In this document: one piece after another, positions 49,666 to 63,455 of the stretch
Position numbering within the stretch: the first letter of the stretch is position 1
How the letters are laid out: the number at the start of each line of letters is the position of its first letter
From: Vicugna vicugna
Lineage: Eukaryota
NCBI GenBank assembly: GCA_013265495.1
Contig: MU058000.1
Coordinates: forward strand, 1,550,001-1,614,000
Length of the DNA: 64,000 nt
Reading direction: 5' to 3'
Translations under genes and position numbers: made by a program
The notes under the pieces: model-generated
Databases searched by the model: none
Told to the model about the DNA's origin: nothing
Seen by the model: the letters and a program-made list of their open reading frames with translations, nothing else

Positions 49666-50922
49666 CACTTTGGGGGTTCTATAAAGGTTTTATTTATTTT
49701 TCCCTACTATGCTTTTGTTTATAAATCATTTAGCCTAATACCATTGCACTGCATTGCTATACTCTGTAAGAACTCTTTATACAATCCATGTTTTTTCTAG
49801 AGATAGAAAAGTGCATTTGCCAAGAGTCAATAAACAGGTCTCTCAAGGGGTTGAAAGGTAGACATCGGAAGCTTTGAGAAACGTTTAACCTTAACATTCT
49901 TCCATCCTAATTGACAAGCCTACAGTCGGTTATTTGCTGAGATAAGAGAGATTTTCAGTGTATATATGCAGGTCATTGGTTTTAAGTTAGGTCCATTATA
50001 ATTTACTGGTGTCCTGACAGTTCTAGGTGATATAAAGAAGAAAGATCGGTTTTATTAGGTGATTTCCCCATCTTCGGGAGTGCTACTTTAATAGATAGTA
50101 ATGGTTAACAACTTGATGACATTTCCCTGATTTTATTTTAGCATTTGGAAGGTGATGAATTCTAGGACTTACTAATGTTAGAATGAGCTCATCGCCCAGA
50201 ATAGTGAGCCTGGGAGTTGCAAAAAGTCCATTTCCCCTAAACTTTAGCCCTGTGGCTTTAGCTCTGTGCCTCTCCAAGTACAACCTGACATTTGTGTCTG
50301 ATTGGTTGAGAGCTCTTAGAAGCAATTAAGAGTACACTCGGATACCCATTCAAATGCTCTAATTTAATATATTTCAATAGAGACAGAAAGCCTGAGTGGT
50401 TTGCCAAGTCTGGAAAGAAGGCTTTTGATACCAGTTCACCTTTAGCGCCAACCTTATATGTAAGCAGCGTGGTGACCGCCTCTTTTGGTTAAATCTCAGG
50501 GGCACAGGCAGGTACCCCATCCCTCAATAGCTCCTCCTGTTTATTTCCAAGTCCCAGTATTGAAACATGAAAAGCTTTTCATGTCATAATAAGAAAGGCG
50601 GCTGCAAATAGGCAGTAGAAATATGACTTGGCTTATAGGTATTATTTGACATATGTAATTGTAATAGATCTTTCCCTGGGGTCTTTGATAAGATAAGAGT
50701 AAAGGAACATTAGCACCCTGGTCAGATGGAAGCAGGAACAGGAAAGCTGGTGCACTAAAGACAAGATGGCCACTGTATATTTTTTTCTAGGCACTACCCA
50801 TGGCCACTCCCATTCATCTCTCACTGTCCTCTTCCCCTCCATCTTTGGTCTTGGCCTCATCTTTCTTCAAACTCTCTCTGTAGCTTTTATAATAGGGCTT
50901 GTTCTTCATTCAAAAGGGCTAA

Positions 50923-51527
50923 AAGGGTAGGCAGAATTCTAAGAATGACTCCCCCAGTGACCTTCCCCTTTGAGTATAGGTGAAACCTGTGAATGTGATG
51001 ACATGCATTATCTTGCGATTATCCTGTGTTTATATTATTGCACATGGTAAAAGTTTGAGCCTAAACTAACCATGAGCGTGCTTTAGATGTAGAGTTTCCT
51101 CCAGCTTGTGGCAGACAGAAGGTGAAGTCAGAGATTTAAAGCACAAGGGGGACATAGTGTGTTGTTGTGGGCTTTGGAGATGGAGTGGGGACATGATAAA
51201 GATGCTTGGTAGGCTTTTGGAGCAGAGAGTGGCTCAAGGCTGACGTCCAGAAAGGAAATGGGGTCGTCATTTCTACAACCACAAGCAACTAGATTCTGCC
51301 AACAGTTGAACAAACTTGTAAGTGAATTCTTCCCAAATCCTTCAAGTAAGAACCCAGTACAGTCAATACCTTAATTCAGCCTTGTGAGACCCTTATCAGA
51401 GAACTCATTTGAACTCACCCAGACTACTGACTGACAGAATTGTGAGGTAACAAATGGCTATTATTTTAAGCTGCCACAATTACCAGATTTATGGTAATGA
51501 TTTATGCAACAATAGAAAACTAATTTA
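50923..51527 (+). mobile_element. MLT1E-family MaLR solo LTR
   Basis: ggtaggcagaattctaag start; ctacaaccacaagcaactagattctgccaaca, cagccttgtgagaccct, ttttaagctgc...gcaacaatagaaaactaat end. Confidence 0.85.
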
Positions 51528-51880
51528 AGTGGCGATTATTTCCTCATCTGTAGAAATATTTGTCAATTTGTACTGCAGTTCACAAATCCAAGTTCTCAGC
51601 TGTTAAAAGGCATTATATTGTCTATAATTTTTTTTGTCGGTGAAGTTTTACTGTGCTCTGCTCAGTTTTGATTATAGATAACTTTTTTCTATATTTAAAA
51701 AGTTGTGTTTTTTCTTCAAAGAGCACTTCTGTATGTATGTTTGTACCAACAGAGATGGTAAGCATGGAAAAGTGTGCTGATATTGGAATTATTACCGTGT
51801 ATCATCATAACCCTCTGATACTAGGTTTCCTCAACATGCAATAGTTATGGGATCTTAGTGTTGAGGGACTTTAAAAACAT

Positions 51881-52401
51881 AATGTCCATTGACAGATGAC
51901 TGGGTAAAGAAGTTGTGGTATATTTATACAATGGAATACTACTAGGCCATAAAAAAGAATAAAATAATGCAATTTGCAGCAACATGGATGGGTGCGGAGA
52001 TTGTCATTCTAAGTGAAGTAAGCCAGAAAGAGAAAGGAAAATACCGTATGATATCACTTATATGTGGAATCTAAAAAAAAGACAGACAAACTTATCAGGA
52101 AGACAGAAATAGACTCACAGACATAGAAAACAAACTTATAGTTACCAGGGGGAAAGGGGATGGAAAGGGATAAATTGGGAGTTCAAGATTTGTAGATACT
52201 AACTACTATATATAAAATAGATAAACAATAAATTTATACTGTATATCAAACACAGGGAACTATATTCAATATCATAATAATCTATAATGAAAAAGAATAT
52301 GAAAATGAATATATGTATGTATATGTGTGACTGAACATGTTTGCTTTACACTGGAAATTGACACAACATTGTAAACTGACTATACGTCAGTAAAAAAAAA
52401 A
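51881..52401 (+). mobile_element. 5'-truncated young L1 (ORF2 end, 3' UTR, poly(A))
   Basis: aatgtccattgacagatgac...gtggaatctaaaa...aattgacacaacattgtaaactgactatac plus A tail; homologous to the copies at 5041 and 27986. Confidence 0.92.
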
Positions 52402-53134
52402 TCCAGTGCTGTTCAGCCTGGGTGAGAAAGAGAACCACCCCTACAATGGAACATCAGTATCTTTGTGAAGAATTAGGCAGGAGGGGAATTTTAAACCTCA
52501 ATCCAGTTTTGAAATTTAGATCTTCTCTTGGTAAATACCAAGTATCAATCTTGTTTATTTATTGATATGAAAACAAAGCCAGGAAGAGAAAATAACCTGT
52601 ACAAAATTGTACCATAGTTATAGGAGTAGAGCCAATTTTAAAGGTCAGAGTTTCTTCTACATTATGCTATCTTATCTCTGGTCTTTTTCAGGCCTCCCAG
52701 ATTATAAACTCAGTGTGTAATATTCTCAATTCTTCTGTGGCAAAGGGGATTCCCCAGGATTGAATACATCTAAGAGTTACTTATAAAAGCTGTCACTGTA
52801 AGCTTCACTCTTTATCTTCATAAAGTCAAGAGGTTTTGGTTTATTTAGAAAAGATTCTACCTGTGCCTTTCGAAGCAGAGAAAACACTCCCTTCTTCCCT
52901 CCTCCCAAGAGTCATCAAAGACTTCTAACATTCTAATGCACATTTGTCTTTGAATGAAAAATATATTTAAAGACCATAAGAGAAATAAGTAATGTTTATC
53001 TAATAACAACAACAACAAAAAATCAGTGGAAAAAGTGTTAAGACCAGGGTTAATGAAATCACAGGTTGATGACCAAAGTATAATCAGGTGTTTCCTTGCA
53101 TCTTGCCAGCTGAGGAATTAAGTCAAGAATATGT

Positions 53135-53310
53135 GCTACAGTACTTGAACTTCAAGGTGCTTCAGTATCATGTGGAAGGCTTGTTAAACTACAACTTACT
53201 GGACCACACACCTAGTTCCTGATTCAGTAGACTTAGGGCAAGGCCAAGAATTGCTGCCATTGCTCCTGAGGACACTGCTGATCTGGGAATCACACTTTGA
53301 GAATTACTGG
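53135..53310 (+). mobile_element. MER5A hAT-Charlie MITE
   Basis: ggcttgttaaa...ctgattcagtagacttagggcaaggccaagaatt...cacactttgagaattactg. Confidence 0.7.
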
Positions 53311-54344
53311 GGCAGTGAAACTGCTCAGCTACTTCATAAGGACTAGCATGACTCCAGTAGGATTTAGAGCTTCTCAAGGCATGATGAGAAGTCAGGTTGT
53401 AAAGGCAAACATCCCTAGGAAAAGGGCAATAGCTTACTTATTTTCAAAACATTCATTGAGGATTTTATGTGCCTAAAATCCCTTTCTGGCATCGTAGATA
53501 AAGTTACTAAGTCATTATCTCAATCAGAGAAAGAGGAATACAAACAAAAAATATAGTGTGGTAACTCTAAAAATAGAAATGAGCACCTTGTAGTCTAGAA
53601 TGACAAAGTTGGGGTACCCAATATAACAAGGAAAGGCTCGCTCATGAGTTGATTATTTACTTGCGGTAAATTTGCTGATACTTAGAGACGTGTGTTAAGA
53701 TGCTATGCCAAGCACAGTTCTTTGCCTTATTTTATATAACGTTTATACACACAGGTGTGGGTATGCATACACACGACTTTAGAGTTAAATGTTATTAACC
53801 TTAGATTGTTCTAGATTTTATCCCTGCTTACCTACTCAGGGACAAGGCTCAAAGGTCCTTTCAGTCATTGTTCTATTATCAGATTTTCTTTGTCTATTAG
53901 ACTACTTCCATCAGCAGAGCTAACTTACTATTAATCCTCCCATCTGAGAAAAGAAACCTCTCTTTTGGCCAAATTTTCTTCTCTAGTGAAGACTCATGTC
54001 TCTCTTTTGCTCTATAGCAGTTCTTCAAAAATCTGTACTTATTTGCCAATTTCTCTTTTGAACTTTTGCTAAAGATGGAAGGCTACCATTCCACCTAAAT
54101 TGTTCTTATCAGTCATCAGTGATTTCTATCTCTATTGTGCTATATACCCAACAGTCAGCTCATAGTCACTAGCATTTGTCACAGTAGATGTCACTGTCTT
54201 CTGTGATCTACTCCGAATATAGATTTGAAACACTTTCTTCACTTGGTTCCTGGGCCATCACAATCTCCTGAATGTGATAATCTGCTACCTCACTGAGTCT
54301 TTCCTCTAAGTCTCTTTGATAATTCTTCTTCATCTTTACAACTT

Positions 54345-55575
54345 TTAAAATGTGAAATATACTTTACCAACAATTTTTAGAAAATTTGTGTTGCATTAAA
54401 ATTGTAAGTGTACAGATGAATCATTTTTAAAATATATATATACCTTATAACTATCACCCAACAGAGATATGTTTGCTTCCCCTTGGGAAGTTCCCACGTG
54501 CTACAGAAGTAACCACTGTCCTGACTTCTATAATTATAGATAGTCTTGCCTGTTTTTGACCTTCATATAAATGGAAAACATGGAATGTAATCTGACTTAA
54601 TTTGCTCAACATATGCCTTTTTTAAATTGAGCTATAGTCAGTTTACAATGTGTCAATTTCTGGTGTAGAGCACAATTTTTCAGTCATACACAAATATACG
54701 TATATTCACTTTCACATTCTAACATACGCTTTTGAGGTCTATCCATGTTGGCGCCTGTAACAGTAGTCCATTCTTACGGTTTGGTATTCCATTGCAAGCT
54801 TGTCCTTCTTTGCACATGGATAGGCATTGAACTGTTTCCTGCATTTGATTCTTGTCAATGAAGCAGCTCTGAGCATTCTTGGGGAAGCCTTTGTACGGAC
54901 ATATGCTTTTATTTCCATTAGGTAAATATGTAGGAATGGGCTTGCTGACTTATTGGGTAGCTATATATTTAACTTTATAAGAGGTTTACAGTTTTCCACA
55001 GTGGGTGTACCATTTAGACTCCCGTGCGCAAGTACATGAGTTATCATTTCTTGTCTTGAGGACTCTTCTGATATTCATATAGCCACAACAGCTTTCTTTT
55101 GCTTATTTCTTTTAATCCTCTCTGAAATTTAAAGTTTCTCTCTTATAAACAACATTTTATTTTTATTCTTTTATTTTTATCTAGTCTGATAATCTGTCTT
55201 TTAATTGGAGCACTTAAGCTATTTATATTTTAATGTAATTATTAATTTGGTTAGCTTTTTAAGCTTATCATCTTGCTATTTTTCTGTGTCCCATCTGTTT
55301 GTTTCTCCTTTTATGTACATGTTTGAATTAATTGAGTATTAGGATTCCATTTTATCTTCTCTGCTGTTCTTTAGCTATGTCTTTGTTTTATTTTCATTTT
55401 TTGTGGTGGCTCCAGGGAGTAGAATATGCATCCTTAACTCATCATGGTTTGCTTTAACCTAATACAGTAAACTTTTACAAGCAAGAAAAGAGCCTTGCAA
55501 CGGTATAATTCCATTTAACCCTAGTTTCTTTGTCCCTTTCTCTACTGTTGTTCTATGCTTTATTTTTACCTGCAT
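54345..55575 (-). mobile_element. Old L1M (L1ME-like) remnant
   Basis: Antisense 3' UTR (gtaaccactgtcctgacttcta...ttgcctgtttttgaccttcatataaatggaa) joined to ORF2 5' region (tctgatattcatatagccacaacagctttctttt). Confidence 0.72.
54617..54720 (-). mobile_element. ~100-bp young L1 3' tail inserted in the L1M
   Basis: T-run then tagtcagtttacaatgtgtcaatttctggtgtagagcacaatttttcagt; imperfect TSD aacatatgc (54608-54616) / aacatacgc (54721-54729). Confidence 0.88.
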
Positions 55576-57899
55576 TATAATTTCTTCTCCTCTAAATGTT
55601 GGAGGGGCCTAGGAATAAATCCTTGGATCTTCTTACCTTTAATCTATACTCATTCTCTCAGTGGCCTGATGCAGACTCATGGCTTTAAATATGCTGATGA
55701 CAACCACGTTACGCATGTATCCCTAAACTCTCCCATGAATTCCAGACTCATGTATTGGATCTAATACTAGATGTATTAATTTTGATTTCTAATCAGAACC
55801 CAAATATTTCCTCCTAAAATTACTGTTCTCACAATGTTCACCATTTCATTTAATTATAACTTCATTCTTAAAGTTGCTCAGAACCAAAACCTGTTGAACA
55901 TGACCATTCATCTTCTCTCATGTCTACATCTGCTCCTTCGATAAATCTGGTCTGTTTGATTTTCCACATGTATCCAGAATGTGACTACTTTTCATCACTT
56001 CCGCTATTACTCCCCTGACTCAGGTCACCATCACCACACTCCTGATTACTGCATTGTCCTTCAAAAGATCATCTTTCTTACGCCTTACCCTCCTTCGGTT
56101 TAGCAGTCATAAAAATCCTTTTAAAGTTTAGGTTGGATCAAAGGCTTCCCATAGTCTCATCTCATTCAGTGTGACATCCAAAGTCCTCACTGTGATCTAT
56201 AAGGTCCTAAACGGTCTGCTCCTGTTCCCTCTCTGTCCTTGTGTTGCTGTCCCATGTTACCCATTCTGCTCCTCCTGCGCTAGCTTTCTCCCTCAGGGCT
56301 TGTGCATTTCTTCTTCTCTATGCCTGAAATGCTTTCCCCAAAGTATTAGATACATAATTTACATGATCACCTCCTTCACAGGTGATTCAAGATCTTTACT
56401 GGAATGTGTAACTCAAGACGTTCTCTGATGCCCCTCCCTCATACCTCTAGCTGCCTGAATTGCCGTATTTTTTTTTTATATCGCTTATCACTCTCTGATC
56501 TATTTCTATGTTTTACTTCTTTTGCTGATTGTTTATATCTTCCACTAAGATGAAAACTCCATGAGGGTGGGGATGTTTGTCTGCTTTGTTCACAGCTATA
56601 GATCAACAAATACCTTTTAGATGCATGAATTAACAAAAGTATGGACCTTCAACTTACATATGAGTAAAACAGGCTTATGGAGGTTAAGTAATTTTCCAAA
56701 GGTCATAGCATCAGTAGGTGATAGAATCCAAACAAGCAAAATAACCAAATAAAGGACAGTTGCCTGTCCCTGTTAGTTGCGGCAGTGTGAATAACTCAAA
56801 GGAAATTAGACAGTGGGTTGTTCATGGGAGATTATGAGCAACATGGTTATGATGAAGTGTAGAGGTGGACAGAACACCTGCTAGGGAGCTTGATGTAGAC
56901 ATGGCAGAGGGTGTTAAGAAGCGGAGAAAAATGGTCCTCGTTGTACTAAAGAAAGGAGGTGATGAATTATGTTTTGAACATATTGAGTAAGATGTAACTT
57001 TTATGAGTCTCTTTAGTAGTTCTGGGTTTTGGACAGGTAGAGAATATTTGAAGAAGGGACACATAGAGGTGTATATATCTATTATGCAATTGACTCTGTA
57101 CTTTAAAAACACAATAGGCACTTGTCTTTGTTGTAATCACCTTGATTACAAGAAGCTCAGACATTCCAAAATGTCCTTATTCTTAGCTTGTCTACCAATA
57201 CACTTTTCAAGAATTTCCCCTGGACCATGAAACCTGAGCTGCAGCCATCTTGCAGATGCCTCAAGGCTACAACCCAAGAATCTTCCCATGACACCCATAC
57301 CATGCTTCAAGTTCTCTAGGATCCTCTTACCATTGCACTAGTATAGTTCCAGGTATGGGACATATTTTGTTGACATGGATGACAATTAGGGTGTCCATCT
57401 GTGCTGCTTGGTTTTACTCTAGTGTTGTCCTGGATATAGCGTGTAGAGTCCCTGATTCTCCCCAGCCTTGAGCTAACTGTATCGTGTAATTTTTTTTTTC
57501 AATTTTTCTCAAATCTCCATTCACCTTCTAGCTACCTGTTATCCCTTCTACCACCCAAACTCTCCAGAATCTCCATACTTTTCCTTGCTACTTCTGAACT
57601 CTCAGTCTAAGTTTTCCATTTAAGCCTGTCCAACCACAGCTCAATTATCCAGATACATAGAGAATATTGAACTGTATCTGAGTGTTTTTTAACTTGGCTA
57701 TTTAGCATCATCCAGATATTTAACCATTTCCACTCCCCCCACTTCACAGCCTGAATCTGCTCCTTGGATGCCATCTAAAAATTAATATGGAAAACATTGA
57801 TTTGATACTAGACACAAGTAAAAAGAAAGAAAAAAAATGAAAACTTTGCTCTTCTTTTGAATGAGGTAGTCTCCTTTTCCCAGTTGACATTTAAAAATT

Positions 57900-58105
57900 T
57901 CTTTGTAGCTTACAAAGAATTTTCACATACATAATTTTATTTTCTTTTCCAAGGAGTGACAGGTGAAGTAGATAAGGCAACGATTATCTGATTATCCCTG
58001 TTTTACAAATAAGGAATCTGAATCTCAAGGTGGTGATGGAGCTCTACCAGAGTCACTCAGCTAATAAGCACAGAGCTGAGAAAGAAGCCAGATTTTCCAA
58101 ACCTG
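57900..58105 (-). mobile_element. MIR SINE
   Basis: attatccctgttttacaaataaggaatctgaatctca...gtcactcagctaataagcacagagctg. Confidence 0.68.
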
Positions 58106-58196
58106 GGAAGGATGTATCTTTTCTTATATGACTTGGTCTCAGTCTTGGAATGTGTGAAAAGGAAATAATAAAAGGTCTCTGTTGCAGAAAAAGTGT

Positions 58197-58480
58197 CGTG
58201 TAACAGGGTTAAATTTGATTTTTTGCAGAGGAGAGACAACAGCGCCCGCGGGAGCTGCGTTCAGGGGCTTGGGTGAGAACGCAGCACATCCCCTTGCTCC
58301 TGTTACCATCAGTAGGCGGCCTTGGCTGCCTGTGCCTGTGGTTTGGGTGGGGTTTTTATGGCAACGTTTACTCCATCCCACGTGTGTAACGTTTTGTGCG
58401 ACTGAGTCATTTACTTGTGCTCTGGGATTCAGCGCTGCACACTGTAGATTATACACCTAAACTCTCCGCGGCCATTCGGA
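58197..58480. promoter_or_regulatory. Candidate enhancer: CpG-retaining unique sequence with dense TF motifs
   Basis: About 15 CpGs in ~285 bp by eye; TGTGGTTT, GGGTGGGG, TTTTATGG, CACGTG and TGAGTCA within 75 bp. Confidence 0.5.
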
Positions 58481-59319
58481 GAAAACTTTAGCATAATGAA
58501 GACCCTTCAGTTCCCAGTAGTTTCACCCCTAGACATAATGTCAGTAGATTGGAGCCTCATTCTGGGCTGTTTCCCGTTGTTACCTAACAGGGGAGCCATT
58601 CATTTTCCAGACAGGAGACATGAATCCTCTGACAATATTCTATTATGATGTTATCCTGAATAAGATAATTTGATTTGATAAATGCAGATGTAGAAGATTG
58701 GCAGTTACTACATTTTCTCCCTCTTAAAAGGATTTGAATTTTTAAAGGGAATTCAGTTTAGGTGAATAATGTCAGATTTTTCAGTCCTTTTGGCAGGAAT
58801 GGTAACCTTGCAACGTTCTTGTCATCTTGAATCCCAGGAACTGGTCTTTATCCCTCACTTAAAGAAGCCTTCTAAAAGCTCATGTGCATCTATGTAACAC
58901 CTCTCCACCCCCTGCCTTCAAGTCAATGAATAGAGAAAATAGAATGAGTAAAACAGGATATGTGATATTATTTAGAGTGAAAAAAGTAGCCGTGTGATCA
59001 GCTATAGGTTTCACTGCAGCCTTACTAGCCAGTACTAATATTATGAAGAAAGAAAGAAACATTTACTATGTATTCCCACATCTTGGGTTTTAGATACCAC
59101 AATGAAAAGGTTTTAGCTTGGAGACTAGGATGGGGAATTGCTAATGAAATAGATATATTTATTAATTTGTCTCTGCACTTTCCCCAGTGCTTGGCAAAAG
59201 TATGCATTCAATGTGTTTGTTGCAATAATTCCTCCATATTTTCAATGACTAAAAAGTAAACCTATATTAATAACTACCAAATGATAACATCATTTTTAAG
59301 AAGAGGACTTGGATTGTTT

Positions 59320-59452
59320 TATTTTGTCCCCTCATTATGCAGATGAGAGGGCTGCGGCCCAGAGACATCACATGATTTCTTCAAAGTCATACGGCTTCTA
59401 GAAAACTAAGATGGGATTAGAATCCAAATACTCAGGCTGGTGGTCTGAGTGG
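59320..59452 (-). mobile_element. MIR SINE
   Basis: ctcattatgcagatgagagggctgcggcccagaga...caaagtcatacggct...gggattagaatcca. Confidence 0.65.
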
Positions 59453-60589
59453 CCTTAAGCCATTGAGGTAGAAAGTCAGCTCTTTATTAAATAATCAGTG
59501 ACAGGTTATTAACATGGCATTTCTATAAATTCTTATGTTGGGATATGTTAGCTGTGTCTGCTACCTTCTTAGTTCTTCTGAGGATTGAAAGTCATCAAAG
59601 ATTGTACTGTTATGTCAACCAAATCTACACTTCTGGATTTATCACCAATCCTACACTATTCTGTAGCTTTTTTTTTCCCCCCAAGGTACATGATATTTGA
59701 GAGAACAAAGAGTTTAATTCATGGTTCCCATCTTTCTTTTCCCACTCAATTCCCAAAATTGTTTTGTTTTATTATTTCAACTTCTGTCCTTAGAGGATTC
59801 CTCTATTTTTTCACTAATAATGTCAACACAATTGAATGCTATTTATTCTATTTCCTTAAGGAAAGAAATCAAATCTTAAAGAAATAAATTCTAAGAAGGA
59901 GGGTACTGTTTTCTGACTAGAAGTGGGAATAGAGTGTAGGCAGCCATTCTTTGGAGGGTGACCTGGGAGAAGAAAAAGGATGCAACTGTGAGTCAGAGTT
60001 TAAAGCATTAGTGAAGAAAAATGTCCCATTCCCCTCTCCCAAACTAATGGCATAAATGTGTTTGTGATTGTGGGGATGGCCGTTGCTCATGTGGCTAATA
60101 GCTGTGATGTGTCTCCAGAATGATTCACTACCATTCCTACTCATGCCAGATGACTCCTTCTAAGTGTTAAGTCTTAGATACTCCAATTTCCTGAATGTGT
60201 AAATGTAGTCAGTTCTATTTGGTGTAATATTGGGGAAAGTCAGTATTACCTGCCAGTAAGCCATCATCTTATAATGTTGCAGAAATAGCAACCTTCCGTC
60301 TTCATATTTTTAAATAAAATGCTCATCCTCCCCTCTTCACGACACCCAGAGGAATTGGAAAATGTGACAAGTCAAGAAATCAGCTGTAAAGGAAGACCTG
60401 CCTTTGGCTGAGGTATTGAGCCAATTTGCGTTCTGACTCAAGAATAATATGGCCACAAGTGCCAGTGCATAAATTAGTCCTGAATGTAGGTGGAAACACT
60501 TTCTTGCAAGCTGACAGAGTATCACCTCAAAATATCTCTGATAGTTTATAAATAAAGAAGTCTACATTTCTGAGCCAGCTCAGGCATTT

Positions 60590-60790
60590 AAGTGCAACAG
60601 AAAAGAACAGGCATTTCAGAGTCGCACAGTCCAAACTGGGGTTAAAACCCTGGTCTGCTATTTTTTTGTGTGAGCTCTCGTAAGTCATTTAACTTTTCTG
60701 AACCTCAGTTTTTCTCATCTGAAATCTTAGAAGTTGGATAAAATTAGTTACCGTACAGTACAATTGTGAAAAATGAGTAATGTCATCCAA
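60590..60790 (+). mobile_element. MIR SINE
   Basis: aagtcatttaacttttctgaacctcagtttttctcatctg core. Confidence 0.68.
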
Positions 60791-62309
60791 TGCTAGTTCC
60801 TCCCCCACCCTGGCCATGTTGAGTGTTGTTTCACGCAGAAGCCAGATTCTGGTTTGGTAAGGATGGATATAAGAGAGATTTAAGGATTCTTTCAAAGATG
60901 ATGCTCTTGTAAGTGCTATTTACCAAGTGTGTATTTTATGATGTGCAATAAGCAAAATTCGTAAGTTATATTAACCCTTCACAAACCCTTATCACACAGC
61001 ATCCCTACTTTGCAGTAAAGAAGGTGCAGGTCTGAGTGGACACAGTCTGACTCATTGTCAATTACTAAACAATTAAAAGACTTATTCTGAAGATATTTAT
61101 GGAGCCTACTATGCATGAGGCAGTCTGCTCCCTGTTGGAATACATTGGTGAAGAATCCAGGAAATGTCAGAGCCATGACATTCCTATGGAGAAGAGACTA
61201 TAAAGAAGTGAACAAACTGTGATAAAGCCTATGGAAGAAACACAGCAGGCTGGTATGGAAGTGGATAACAAATGCAGTAACGTGGAAGAGAAAACTGGTA
61301 GAAGCTGGGGTGGGGCCCAGGCGCTGTAACCACTGTGCGTTCCCCCACAAGGAGCAAATGAAGAAGCAGGTGGCAGTCTGCCTGTGACCTGCAGGGGGCT
61401 CTTCTTCAAGGAATCCAACCACTAAGGCAAGGAGTTTCCTTGAGGATATTGAAGTCTCTGGATTTAATCAAAGATTGAAGGAAAGAGTCAGCTAGAGATA
61501 AATGAAAAAGAATAAGCATCTTTGTTAAGTCAGAGGTCAGAATGGCCCAGGACTGCCACAAAGGCACCTGGTTGAAGAGGAAAAGAGGAGGGGATTTCAA
61601 ATCTGAATTGGGCCCTACCTGGCTGGGATTCATTGAAAGATACCTTAAATGTCTGGGCCTCCAGACTTTTAGGCATTAGCAAAATGTCTTTTCAATATTA
61701 TGTGAAAGATATCATCATCGAAGAGACATACAGTCTTACTGACCTGATTCACTTCTCCTTTGGTGCCACTAAATCCCAAACATTCAGCTCGCAACCGATG
61801 GTTTTTGAAGAGAGGGTGGATCATGACTATTTCCTTGCAAAGCACTTTTCACACAGTACACATTCTGATCTTAGAACCTGCCCTCTGTTCTTGGACCTTG
61901 TCATTTATCTTTTGTCTGGGCTGCTAATCTTAAGAAAAAGTCGTTGGCCTTTTTGCAGACATGCTGAGCTGCCAGCAGATGCTGCCCTCCTGCACGAAAC
62001 TGAGCAGGGCTGTTGGTCCTGCAGCCTGAGCTGCCATCAGTTCCCAGCTAAGCCAGCCGTGGAGCGTGACAAACACTCACGGGCACTTGAGGTTTTAAAG
62101 CGCAAAGTGCGACCGGAGAGTCTTTCACATTCTCAGATATATTTGGACTTAAATGGCAGTCTCTTGCTGGGAAATATTTAGAGCGAATCTCCTTAGTTTG
62201 TTAGAGAGCAGCAGGAGGAACACCAGATTCCCAGGCAGGAGGAGGCTGAGACGAAATATGAATAAAACAAGCATGACCAGGCAGAAGAAAACTCCGCATG
62301 CACATCGTG

Positions 62310-62505
62310 TCAGGTGGTTCAGAACCCAGATTCAGGGAACAGAGAGACCTGGTTCTCACAGAGCTGAGCTGTATGTGACTTTGGGCAAGTTACTGCATAT
62401 TAAGTAACTTCATTTTTCCTACTCCTTTGGAGAGTGAAACAAAATAATGCATGAAAAGTTGTTAACATAGTGACAGGTCAGTAGTAATTACTCAATAATT
62501 TTAGT
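62310..62505 (+). mobile_element. MIR SINE
   Basis: gtggttcagaacccagattc...gacctggttc...gctgtatgtgactttgggcaagttac...taacatagtg...tactcaataa. Confidence 0.68.
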
Positions 62506-63344
62506 TCGTTCACATTGTCCTTAATATTAATTATAATGATTACTGTTATTAAAGTGTCAAGTGACAAGAAAAATGATGGTTTGAGAGCATCATGTGGATT
62601 ATCCATTTGGTAAGATTTTTGAGTATGTGTTTAATTTTTAAAATAAAGCACTAGAAATGATCTGGGAAAATGTCTGTTTACTGTGCTGTCAGTTCTCATC
62701 TGACTCCTTAATCTCCCTCCTGAAGTTAGTTTTATTTTTTTTTAGCAGTATTTAGTGATTTTAGATTTGTAAATAAAGTACAGAGAAGTCAAGACCTGCA
62801 TTCTGACAATAAGTTTCTTGCTAACCCTGAATAAACTAAGTGGTTGTGGTCTCATCTTGTTCTGCCACTGTCCAGCAGGGCGGAAAATTGACCTCTTGGC
62901 TTCTCAATTTACAAACATATATTTCAGAAATAATGCCTCCTTGTCTCCAAGATTTGGAGATAGATTAAAAATGACAATGGATAGGAAGTTTTGTTTGACA
63001 AATATAGTTTTAATTTAGCCTAAGAATGAGCTTAGTTTCTTTATCAAAAAAAAAAAATGGTTTACCTTCCTCAGGGAGAAAAACAAAATATCTACAAAGA
63101 TGGTTAACTCAGGACATAACTGGCACATAAAAAGGAAATAAACATATTACTTTGCCAATAGATGCTTTTACTTGGTGATGAGTTCCCTGAAAATTGCTAT
63201 TCTGGCATATGTGGATTTTGGTGTTCAAAGTATGGACTAAAAGCACATGGACTTGTGAGAGGGTATGATTCATGTAGAGAAGAAGGCAGCCTGGAAGTCC
63301 TACCAAGAAAGAAACCAAAATAGACAAATGTGTGTGAGATATTT

Positions 63345-63455
63345 TATACATACATACATATATATGTATATATTTATATATATGTGTATATCTATAAAAG
63401 ATGTAATTATATATAAAATTTATACATATTATATATCTATGCATATATGCATAAA
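63345..63455. repeat. TA-rich low-complexity tract
   Basis: tatacatacatacatatatatgtatatatttatatatatg... Confidence 0.8.

Larger units (their letters stand above)
53950..56635 (+). mobile_element. Long L2 (L2a-like) remnant split by an L1M
   Basis: gcatttgtcacagtagat...cactttcttcacttggtt before the L1M; tctaaatgttgga...catggctttaaata, ccacatgtatccagaatgtgactact and ccactaagatgaaaactccatgagggtggggat...ttgttcac tail after it. Confidence 0.75.
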
